DNA of 32,000 nt from positions 900,001-932,000 of the forward strand of contig JAIZWK010000001.1 of NCBI GenBank assembly GCA_021498095.1, read 5' to 3'. This document shows, one piece after another, positions 1 to 7,744 of the stretch. Below the pieces are notes generated by a model. The model had not been told where the DNA came from. It saw only the letters and a list, made by a program, of their open reading frames with translations, and did no database searches. Position 1 is the first letter of the stretch. Each line of letters starts with the position of its first letter. Both the position numbers and the translations under genes were made by a program. The DNA is from Candidatus Harpocratesius repetitus (lineage in GTDB: Archaea > Asgardarchaeota > Lokiarchaeia > Sigyniarchaeales > Promethearchaeaceae).

Positions 1-1257
1 GCAGATGTGAAGATTTTGAAAGATCCAACTGGAAAATTACATACAGAAGGAAAAATTGCTGAATTTCTTAGTGTACAGAGGGATAAATTTGAAAAGCTTT
101 CTCAAATTCTCCAACGTCGACCAGAATCAAGTGGGCTTCTACCGATTAATATGATTAATCGCTTGGAAAATTCAACAGAGGTAAAATTTATTGGAATGGT
201 TATCGATAAGAGGCAAACAAGTTCTCGAAATTATCTGATTGAAATGGAGGATACGACTGGACATTGTATGACTTTGGTTCAACAAAAACATTCTGAGGTT
301 TATCAGTTAGTTGATTATCTTTTACCTGATCATGTGGTTATTATCGATGGTTACCTAAGCGTAAATGAAAAAACAAACTCTCGTATTATTTTAGTTAACG
401 ATATTATTTTTCCAGATTCTCCCAACTCCCATAAAGTGCAGTTTCCTGAAGAAGATATTGCAATGTGCTTGATATCAGATACTCATTTTGGTAGTGTAGA
501 GTGGTTAGAAAAAATATGGTTTCGATTTGTGGATTATTTAAATTGTAGAGTAGGAAATGATCGTCAAAGAACACAAGCAGGAAAAATTAAATATTTATGC
601 ATTGCAGGAGATATTGTTGATGGAATTGGAGTTTACCCCAACCAAGAAAAACATCTACTAATTAAAGATATTTATAAACAATATGAAGCGTGTGCCGAGT
701 ATTTAGCTGAAATACCTGAGTATATTGAAATAATTTTAACACCAGGAGATCATGATGCTGTTCGGAAAGCTGTGCCCGCACCGGCTCTGTCTAAAGATTT
801 TGCTAAACCATTGTATGATAGAGGGTATAAACTTTTAGGAAATCCTGCTATGGTAAGTTTACACGGAATAAAAACCCAGCTCTTTCATGGCACTTCATTG
901 ATTGATTTGAATATGGCTATTCCGGGAATGACAAATGAAGATCCATACAAAACTATGAAAGAATATATCCGAGCGCGCGATCTTGTTCCTACTTATGGGA
1001 AAAAGACTGAAATTGCACCTGTAGAAAAAAATTGGTTTGTATTAGATGAATTACCTGATATTCTACATACAGGACATCTTCACAAAAACGGATTTGGTAA
1101 ATATCACGGTATTTTATTAGTAAACTCTGGCTGTTTTCAAGATCAAACAGAATTTATGGATAGTCTTGGAATTATCCCGGATTATGGTAAACCTACAGTA
1201 ATTAATATGAAAAATAAGTTACAAGCCAAGGTTATTGATTTGGTTGGTAGTAGGTGA
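1..1257 (+). CDS. polB: DNA polymerase D small (exonuclease) subunit DP1, 5'-truncated by the window edge
   Basis: Frame is open from base 1. OB-fold-like N-terminal part, then calcineurin-like phosphoesterase motifs SDTHFG, GDIVDGIGVYPNQ, PGDHD, HG, HTGHLH and a C-terminal NSGCFQDQT typical of archaeal DP1. Confidence 0.93.
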   Translation, partial: ADVKILKDPTGKLHTEGKIAEFLSVQRDKFEKLSQILQRRPESSGLLPINMINRLENSTEVKFIGMVIDKRQTSSRNYLIEMEDTTGHCMTLVQQKHSEVYQLVDYLLPDHVVIIDGYLSVNEKTNSRIILVNDIIFPDSPNSHKVQFPEEDIAMCLISDTHFGSVEWLEKIWFRFVDYLNCRVGNDRQRTQAGKIKYLCIAGDIVDGIGVYPNQEKHLLIKDIYKQYEACAEYLAEIPEYIEIILTPGDHDAVRKAVPAPALSKDFAKPLYDRGYKLLGNPAMVSLHGIKTQLFHGTSLIDLNMAIPGMTNEDPYKTMKEYIRARDLVPTYGKKTEIAPVEKNWFVLDELPDILHTGHLHKNGFGKYHGILLVNSGCFQDQTEFMDSLGIIPDYGKPTVINMKNKLQAKVIDLVGSR

Positions 1258-1264
1258 AATAAAA

Positions 1265-1990
1265 ATGGTGATGAAACCTCCTAGTGAATTAAATCAACTA
1301 TTACTTTATTGGTGGAAAATAATTGATCGAGACGAGATAAATAAAGATGATTTACAAAACTTTATCGCTTTTGAATTATTTACCTTTTCTTTGGAGAAAA
1401 CTAAAGCAACGATTCAAGAAGCTATAGATAGGAAACTTTTAATCTATGATCCAATTACAGATTTAGTTCGTTTAAATTCAACTTTACAAACTAAGTATAA
1501 TGAATGGTTGAAAGGAGGAATTACAAAAACTAAAAAAATGCTTCAAGTTTTGCGTAAGCGTTGGCGTGAACCTCTTCAATTTAGGAAGGAAGACATTTTT
1601 TCAGTTTATTATCAAGATTTGGTTGATCCATTAGTTCATAATAGAGCATCGAGAATCCTTAGTTCGAGAGTGAAAATAGACAAAAGTAATTTCGATGATA
1701 TTGGGAATTCGGGAGATTTGGATAATATCAATAATTTAGATGATTTAAAACTGTTTATTTCTGGGAAAATTAAGGGCTATCCCTTTCAGATTGATTCATC
1801 CCGCAAGATTATACAGCATGTATGTCCTGAATTTAAGCAATATCGAGCAAAAGAGAAATCTTTTTGTCCTCATCTAGCTCGTTTAATTTTGAAAATAAAC
1901 CTCAAATATCCAGAAATTACGCTTGGGCTACTTAAAAGAATTGCTCAAACAAAGGAATCTTGGATATTTTCTACCGAAATTAATATATAA
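1265..1990 (+). CDS. DUF2240-like N-terminal domain plus C-terminal SWIM-like zinc finger
   Basis: ATG at 1265 follows a GGTGA SD overlapping the DP1 stop (ORF track starts at 1235). N-terminus (FIAFELFTFSLEKTKATIQEAIDRKLL) resembles archaeal DUF2240. C-terminal HxC-x14-CxH (QHVCPEF...FCPHL) resembles a SWIM-type Zn site. Confidence 0.55.
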   Translation: MVMKPPSELNQLLLYWWKIIDRDEINKDDLQNFIAFELFTFSLEKTKATIQEAIDRKLLIYDPITDLVRLNSTLQTKYNEWLKGGITKTKKMLQVLRKRWREPLQFRKEDIFSVYYQDLVDPLVHNRASRILSSRVKIDKSNFDDIGNSGDLDNINNLDDLKLFISGKIKGYPFQIDSSRKIIQHVCPEFKQYRAKEKSFCPHLARLILKINLKYPEITLGLLKRIAQTKESWIFSTEINI

Positions 1991-2007
1991 AAAAGAAGTT
2001 ATTTTTT

Positions 2008-3351
2008 CTACATTAACTTTCTGAATTTCTTACCACTAAATCGAGTAATTTTATTTCGAATACATGAAGGTGGTATATTCATTAATTCTGCGATTCTCGA
2101 CTCGTTTTGTAGGTAATCTTGCAGATCTCTCAAAGGTACATTAGATTTTATAAATTTCGTTCGACCGTATCGTCCAGTAGATTTTACTCTTGCATTAACC
2201 ATACCTGAAAGATCTAACTCACGAATTAATTCTGAAACACGGCGTTGTGTCAATTTATTTAGTCCTGGTATTAATTCAACCATTTCACAGTATGTATTGT
2301 AAATATCGCCGGTGATAATTGTTTCTTGATTTAAATGCTTTTCAAGTTGATAAATACTAAGAAGGATCATTTTACTTTGTAAAGGAAGTGCTTCACAGTA
2401 TTCTTTCATTTTATCCTTTTCCATATTATCTTGAGCAAAATACACATGATCGATAGTAACTTGCTTGGCATTTCGACGTTCTGCAAATTCACCCGCTTTT
2501 CGGAGCAAATCTAATGCTTTTCGTGCATCACCATGTTCTTTGGCGGCTAAAGCTGCACAAAGTGGAATTACACTTGGATCGAGTACATCAGGATAAAATG
2601 CTCTTGCAGCGCGCTGTTCCAAAATGTCTTTAATTTCCAAAGCGTTGTATGCAGGAAAAACAATTTCTTCTTCACCCAAACTGCTTAAAACTCGAGGATC
2701 TAAAGCGCTTTTAAAATTAAGGACATTTGAAATACCGATTATATTTACTTTGGTCGATTTCAAATGAGAGTTGATTCGAACCAGATTATATAATACATCT
2801 TGAGATTTTCGAGCCTTTTTAACAAGCACATCAATTTCATCAAGTATAATGAAGCAATTTCCTTTAAGATTTGTATTAATTTTTTCAATAAGAGTATCAA
2901 AAACCACATCAATCGGCCAACCGGCTATTGGGACGGGATTATCAGGGTCAATTTCATCGCAAATTTTAGCTAATACGCGATATCCTGTATTCACTTCTTG
3001 ACAATTTAAAAAGATCCATTTACTTTCAGGAATATTTGCATTACGGCATTGTCGATTCAAATGATTACTGACATAACTAATTACGGCTGTTTTCCCGGTA
3101 CCTGTTTTTCCAAAAATAAAAATATTTGATGGCATGGAATTTTTTAGGCTGCATGCCACAATCTCAGCAATTTTCTGAATTTGATGATTGCGATGAGGTA
3201 ATAATGATGGTACAAATTCAGGGCGTAACACATCACGTTCATGGAATATCTCTTCTTTCGACATAAAATCTTTGAAATAATTATCAATATCAAACATTAT
3301 CACACACATCTCTTTTAATTCATACTTCCTCACTCGAAAGGAAGGAATCAA
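2008..3351 (-). CDS. cdc6: Orc1/Cdc6 replication initiator (true start probably 3309 or 3297)
   Basis: Walker A GKTGTGKT, Walker B IILDEID, DPRVLSSL, HGDARKALDLLR sensor-2, and a C-terminal winged helix (LTQRRVSELIRELDLSG...GRYGRTKFI). Confidence 0.96.
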   Translation of the reverse strand: MIPSFRVRKYELKEMCVIMFDIDNYFKDFMSKEEIFHERDVLRPEFVPSLLPHRNHQIQKIAEIVACSLKNSMPSNIFIFGKTGTGKTAVISYVSNHLNRQCRNANIPESKWIFLNCQEVNTGYRVLAKICDEIDPDNPVPIAGWPIDVVFDTLIEKINTNLKGNCFIILDEIDVLVKKARKSQDVLYNLVRINSHLKSTKVNIIGISNVLNFKSALDPRVLSSLGEEEIVFPAYNALEIKDILEQRAARAFYPDVLDPSVIPLCAALAAKEHGDARKALDLLRKAGEFAERRNAKQVTIDHVYFAQDNMEKDKMKEYCEALPLQSKMILLSIYQLEKHLNQETIITGDIYNTYCEMVELIPGLNKLTQRRVSELIRELDLSGMVNARVKSTGRYGRTKFIKSNVPLRDLQDYLQNESRIAELMNIPPSCIRNKITRFSGKKFRKLM

Positions 3352-3658
3352 AGCATACTTTCTTTTTTGTCGAGATGCTATTTAAGTGCGGTTGTTAATG
3401 GATAAGTTATTATCTGGAAAATAAAGAATGTATCATCCATTAATCGTTTAAATTTGTAGTGTTCTCGTTAATATCTTTATGAATTTTATGGAAAAAACCT
3501 TAAAAATGATGGGATCTTCTACGAAAAAAAACAAAAATGTTCCTTTAAGATTAATTTCATTTAGATAAGAGCACTTTTAAAGATCTCTATTAACCAAATA
3601 TTTTTAATTTCAGAAGAAATTACGTGTAATATTTAAATGCCTTCAATATAATGGATAA

Positions 3659-4756
3659 TTGATCAAAATTCTGTTCAATGACGCATTAGAATCATTTTTA
3701 AATATTCCATCAACCCTATTACGATGTCTCCGCTATTATCTTTCTCCCGAAGGGAAACAAATTTTAAAATCTTTTCAGAATTTCTGCGAAATTGATAATA
3801 TTCACCGGTTGATTTTGGTTGGACATAGTTATAATTATTTTGCTTCCTTAATACCCTATTATTATATTAATTCTTCCATTGAAGTTTCTGTATTGCAAGC
3901 AAAACAAGTGAAATCCAGAGAATGTATTCTTATTGAACCAGACGAGTTTGTAACATACTGTCACCCGCATAAATATGCTAAAGATGCGGTTTTTGTGTTT
4001 GTTACACGCACAGGTTCAACACAAGTTTATCAAAGCATTGAAAAACTTCATAAATTTGAGATTGATCATCAAAAAATTGGGGTTGTGTCAAATAACCCTA
4101 AATTAAAATCCAATTGTAATTTTTATTTTCCGCTTCTCTGTGGTGATGAAAAAGTTATTGGTTCTAATTCTTTCCCTGCAGATATTTTAGTATTGTATTT
4201 TCTCACAAGAGCTTTTATGAATCAAGAACCCATTCCAAAATCAATAGAAGATGAAATCCGACAAATGATTTTTGAAATCAAGTTTTATCAACAAGATTGG
4301 AAATTTCATGTATCGAGTTTAAATGATTTTTTGGGAGTAGATTATAATTTTCTGTATTTCATTTCAAAAGGAACAAGTTTATCTGTGGCATATCAAGGTG
4401 CTTTAAATAGCAAGGCATATTTACGACTTTTTGGAGAAGGAATTTCTATTGGATTGTTTCTTCATGGACCTTTTCAAATAATCGACAACTCCTTTCGTTG
4501 CATTTTATTGGTCAGTGATGAAACCAGTATCGAAGATACAGTAAATTTAATAAATATTGCAAGCAAAAAACTTGGATCAGGTCGAATTATTTTAATTAAC
4601 AATAGTCGTGCTCTATCTTCATTAGGTCGAGCTAATAGAAATGTGTGGGTATTTGAACATACAACTCAAAATCCCTTTTTGGCTCCAATTTTTGAAATGG
4701 TTGTTTTAAATTACTTATTCCTTGATCAAGCACTTCGTCGGGGGGTAATTGAATAA
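3659..4756 (+). CDS. SIS-domain (GlmS isomerase/AgaS/FrlB-like) protein, degenerate active site
   Basis: Two SIS subdomains. VTRTGST at the SQSGET phosphate loop. AYQGALNSKAYLRLFGEGISIGLFLHGPF aligns without gaps to GlmS [28 protein letters not shown]. TTG start. Confidence 0.8.
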   Translation: MIKILFNDALESFLNIPSTLLRCLRYYLSPEGKQILKSFQNFCEIDNIHRLILVGHSYNYFASLIPYYYINSSIEVSVLQAKQVKSRECILIEPDEFVTYCHPHKYAKDAVFVFVTRTGSTQVYQSIEKLHKFEIDHQKIGVVSNNPKLKSNCNFYFPLLCGDEKVIGSNSFPADILVLYFLTRAFMNQEPIPKSIEDEIRQMIFEIKFYQQDWKFHVSSLNDFLGVDYNFLYFISKGTSLSVAYQGALNSKAYLRLFGEGISIGLFLHGPFQIIDNSFRCILLVSDETSIEDTVNLINIASKKLGSGRIILINNSRALSSLGRANRNVWVFEHTTQNPFLAPIFEMVVLNYLFLDQALRRGVIE

Positions 4757-5877
4757 TGTCAAAAAAGAATGATTCATTTATTTGGCCATTTTCATTTCAA
4801 CAAATTCGAGATGATTTCTTTAATGAAATTGAAAGTTTACACAACTGCGCTGATCAGTATTTCAGTGGTAAATTTTCTTCACTTTTTAGTAAATTGAGGA
4901 AAATACTCATGGATTATGAAATTTCTAAAGTTTTTTTTATCGGGAATACATACAGTTATTTTGCCAGCCAAATCGCTTCACAAATGATAATGGTTGATCA
5001 GAATGAGATATCCTTTTCTCTTTACTGTGTAGAATTAAGTGAATTTTTCGATTACATGCTTCCTCAAGAACCTGAAAAAGCTCTTTATATTTTTATTTCC
5101 AAATCAGGAAAATCACGATTTCTACAAGAATGTGTAGATCATTTACGTTTATCAAAAATTTCACCAGAGACAGTTTGGCTTATAACAAATAACCAGAATA
5201 CATCATTGGCTTCATTTATTTCAAATAGATTTCCTATGTTTGTTTCCAGCGAAATAGTATTAGGAACAAAATCATTTATTAATACTCTATTCATAGTTTA
5301 TTTAATTACACGAGTTTTATTAGGAAAAGAGGCTGTCGATTCACACCTTCAAAGAAAAATTCATATTTTTTTGTCTGATTTGGCAAATTTCCGTGAAAAT
5401 TGGGAAAAACCCACTGAATATATTGAGTCATTTTTAGGTGATTTTGATGATTTATATATTATTTCGAGAGATCCCGCTTCTATGGCTGCAGCATCACTAA
5501 GTGCATTACATGCAAAGAGTTTTACTCGACTTCTTACTGAAGGTACTTATATTTCTCATTTTTTCCATGGACCATTTCAAATTTTAGAAAAAAAGATTTA
5601 TCCAAGAGAAATTAGAATTCTTATGTTTGTTGGTGATCGAACGACAAATGAAGCCACAATTTATCGATTAGTCAAATTGATACTAGAACGAGCTGGAAAA
5701 GTGCTTGTTTTAAGCAATAACCCTGCTGTTTCTGATACTCTTAGAAAAAACAAGAGAATTTCGTTGGTTGATTTTACTGCAGATATTCAGGTATTATCCC
5801 CAATATTCGAGTTATTTATTTTACAATTTGTACTACTAAAAATTGCAGAAAAAAAAGGATTGCTACAAAAAAGTTAA
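4756..5877 (+). CDS. Second SIS-domain protein (tandem paralog), degenerate active site
   Basis: TAATG overlap with the previous gene. Motifs FIGNTYSYFAS, FISKSGKS, LGTKSFINT, FFHGPF; same architecture as the upstream paralog. Confidence 0.8.
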   Translation: MSKKNDSFIWPFSFQQIRDDFFNEIESLHNCADQYFSGKFSSLFSKLRKILMDYEISKVFFIGNTYSYFASQIASQMIMVDQNEISFSLYCVELSEFFDYMLPQEPEKALYIFISKSGKSRFLQECVDHLRLSKISPETVWLITNNQNTSLASFISNRFPMFVSSEIVLGTKSFINTLFIVYLITRVLLGKEAVDSHLQRKIHIFLSDLANFRENWEKPTEYIESFLGDFDDLYIISRDPASMAAASLSALHAKSFTRLLTEGTYISHFFHGPFQILEKKIYPREIRILMFVGDRTTNEATIYRLVKLILERAGKVLVLSNNPAVSDTLRKNKRISLVDFTADIQVLSPIFELFILQFVLLKIAEKKGLLQKS

Positions 5878-6067
5878 TGGTTTCACTGTTTACGAGAAGT
5901 AGTTGAAAATAGTAATCGGGCATACCCTTCACTAGTAAAATGTGATCTAAGCCCATCATCTCCTCAATGGTCATTGCAGTAAATCGATTATCACCTACAG
6001 TTGAAAAATGATTATTTAACGGTTCAAGGAGATCATGATTGCTGACATGTATTACACTGAATAACAT
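5816..6067 (-). pseudogene. Fragment homologous to part of the 8981-9448 ORF
   Basis: HDLLEPLNNHFSTVGDNRFTAMTIEEMMGLDHI matches DDLVEPINDHFGGISDTRFEPMTLEQMMGLDHI at 20/33 identical residues. The 3' end runs antisense into the SIS gene. Confidence 0.6.
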
Positions 6068-6200
6068 TCATCAATCCTTCAAATGTAAGTGCTTCAAATC
6101 TATAATGAGGAAATTCGGCTTCGAAGACCGATTGTAGTAGTGAAAAAGACAATGTTATAAAGTTAAGAAATTTCACATTATTGTTTGCATCCCACCTCAT
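6033..6200 (-). pseudogene. 55-codon fragment carrying a third copy of the RFxx(L/M)TxEx(L/M)M motif (not in the ORF track)
   Basis: Hand translation: MRWDANNNVKFLNFITLSFSLLQSVFEAEFPHYRFEALTFEGLMNVIQCNTCQQS*. Overlaps the 5816-6067 fragment in another frame. Confidence 0.45.
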
Positions 6201-6476
6201 TTGATTTTATGATATTTTTCATTAAGAATGCGTCCTTTTTGAAAGAATTCGATAGAGCAAACTTTTTGAATCACTCCGTCTTAACCGATTAAAACTTCGA
6301 TCAGGGCGAATTGGACTTAATTCAGATTGAATCCAGCGTGAGAGCCGCAAGTATAGAGTTTCAAGATCAAGATTAGGGAGAAGCATTAATTCGATTATAT
6401 GATTTTGTACCGCAGTAATTAAATTTGAAATGCTCACATAATAAGATTTTTGGGCATCAAAATTGAAGAGAAATAT
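6188..6476 (-). mobile_element. IS4-family transposase C-terminal remnant with candidate right terminal repeat
   Basis: The frame extends to an in-frame TAA at 6477-6479: IFLFNFDAQKSYYVSISNLITAVQNHIIELML...LSPIRPDRSFNR...SKRTHS*. The PIRPxRSFxR tail is typical of IS4-family transposase C-termini. A CAT-starting end (CATCCCACCTCATTTG, + strand 6188) lies 34 bp past the stop. No matching left end found. Confidence 0.5.
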
Positions 6477-6501
6477 TTAAGTGCATTTGGCTATCAGCGA
6501 A

Positions 6502-6560
6502 GTGGGTCGAAGAGGTCGAAAATAGTCAAAATTGGTCGAATGGGGTCGAATGGGTTGAAA
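6502..6560. repeat. Six ~10-bp tandem units with core GGTCGAA
   Basis: gtgggtcgaa / gaggtcgaa / aatagtcaaa / attggtcgaa / tggggtcgaa / tgggttgaaa. Confidence 0.8.
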
Positions 6561-6585
6561 TGATATTATCAATAAGAGCGAACGG

Positions 6586-7590
6586 TTAAATCAAGTAATA
6601 CGGTGAGTTTGGAAGCGGTTTTTTACGTTTTTCTAGGATTGCAATAAGGACGGGGTCGGATGGTCCTGCGTGTGTTTGGAGGTATTCGATTGCGGACGGG
6701 GTGGCGCATGCGATCAACCATTGGCGGTGTTCTTCTGTAAATCCGTTAGGAAATCGGCGGTCATCCAGTTTGGCGTCGGGATTTTTTTTGGTTGTGATGT
6801 ATGCGATAGCCAAATCGGGGATAGTTGGGGTGAAAAGAGGGACGAAATGGGGGTCATACTTATCGCACCAATCTTGGTATGTCCATAGTGTAAATTCAGA
6901 AAAACGGGGTTTTAATATGGAACCTACAAAATGTTGAACAATAAAATCAGGGTGGTAGTAATATTCTCCATTACGATATGCATGAAGAAATTTTTCCCTA
7001 TCGAATGGTTTTATGTTAAGAAAGGCTTTATCGAATTTTTGGTTAATTTTCATATAATCAAATTCCTCATTATTATCAATTGGCACACCCTGTTTATCAT
7101 ATAGTGGGATCGGCCAATTCGGGTAAATTTTTCGCATGAGGAACTGCAATAACCAGTATGTATCGAGCGGTAGACCATTTTCATCACAGGGCACAATTTT
7201 GGACGATGGTAACGGCATTACAAAATGGTCTTGTAAACTACCGGTTTTATATTGGCGCAAATCGACCCTGAAACGGTAATAATAGTCCGAAATGATGAAA
7301 AAATATTTGTATTCATCAGGTGCGGGGCAAGGATTTGACGAATCATCAAAAGGCATTATAATAGGCATGGGGCTCATAGGATCGAGTTGTCGTTGATAGT
7401 AAAAGTATCGCCAGAATGGATGAAGAGGTATACCGTATTCATCGCGTTCGAGTGTTTCGGGTAGAGGATATCCCAAATACATTTCGTATGGGACGCTACC
7501 GTCTCTCGGGCGGTAATATTTAACACCGTCTTTTTCGATTTCTCTAAAAATGCGAAATTGTTCAAAATATTCTGGAGGGAAATATGACAT
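6586..7590 (-). CDS. Orphan Pro/Tyr/Asp-rich protein with repeated DxxG(I/L/V)P(L/I) motifs
   Basis: 334-aa ORF with ATG start in the GC-richer island. Motif copies DEYGIPL (res 50-56), DENGLPL (136-142), DKQGVPI (165-171). No family recognised. Confidence 0.7.
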   Translation of the reverse strand: MSYFPPEYFEQFRIFREIEKDGVKYYRPRDGSVPYEMYLGYPLPETLERDEYGIPLHPFWRYFYYQRQLDPMSPMPIIMPFDDSSNPCPAPDEYKYFFIISDYYYRFRVDLRQYKTGSLQDHFVMPLPSSKIVPCDENGLPLDTYWLLQFLMRKIYPNWPIPLYDKQGVPIDNNEEFDYMKINQKFDKAFLNIKPFDREKFLHAYRNGEYYYHPDFIVQHFVGSILKPRFSEFTLWTYQDWCDKYDPHFVPLFTPTIPDLAIAYITTKKNPDAKLDDRRFPNGFTEEHRQWLIACATPSAIEYLQTHAGPSDPVLIAILEKRKKPLPNSPYYLI

Positions 7591-7678
7591 TTTTTCTTGT
7601 TCTTTCTTCTATTTTTTCATTTTTCAATTTTTAATTTTTCAGTTTTTTTATTCTATATATTATTTGTATTTTACATAT

Positions 7679-7708
7679 AAAAAAAGTGCCCAAAACGTTT
7701 TTGGGGCA
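7679..7708 (-). terminator. Hairpin plus U-tract, intrinsic-terminator-like
   Basis: Minus strand TGCCC-CAAAAACGTTTT-GGGCA followed by CTTTTTTT, ~36 bp after the stop of the 7745-8851 ORF. Confidence 0.45.
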
Positions 7709-7744
7709 AAAATTATTGGAGATATTCATTTTGCTGCTTGTAGA

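Noticed and set aside
3352-3658. Canonical ORB-containing replication origin
   Set aside because: No GTTCCAGTGGAAAC-like element or G-string found; only a weak repeated motif, reported as a low-level finding.
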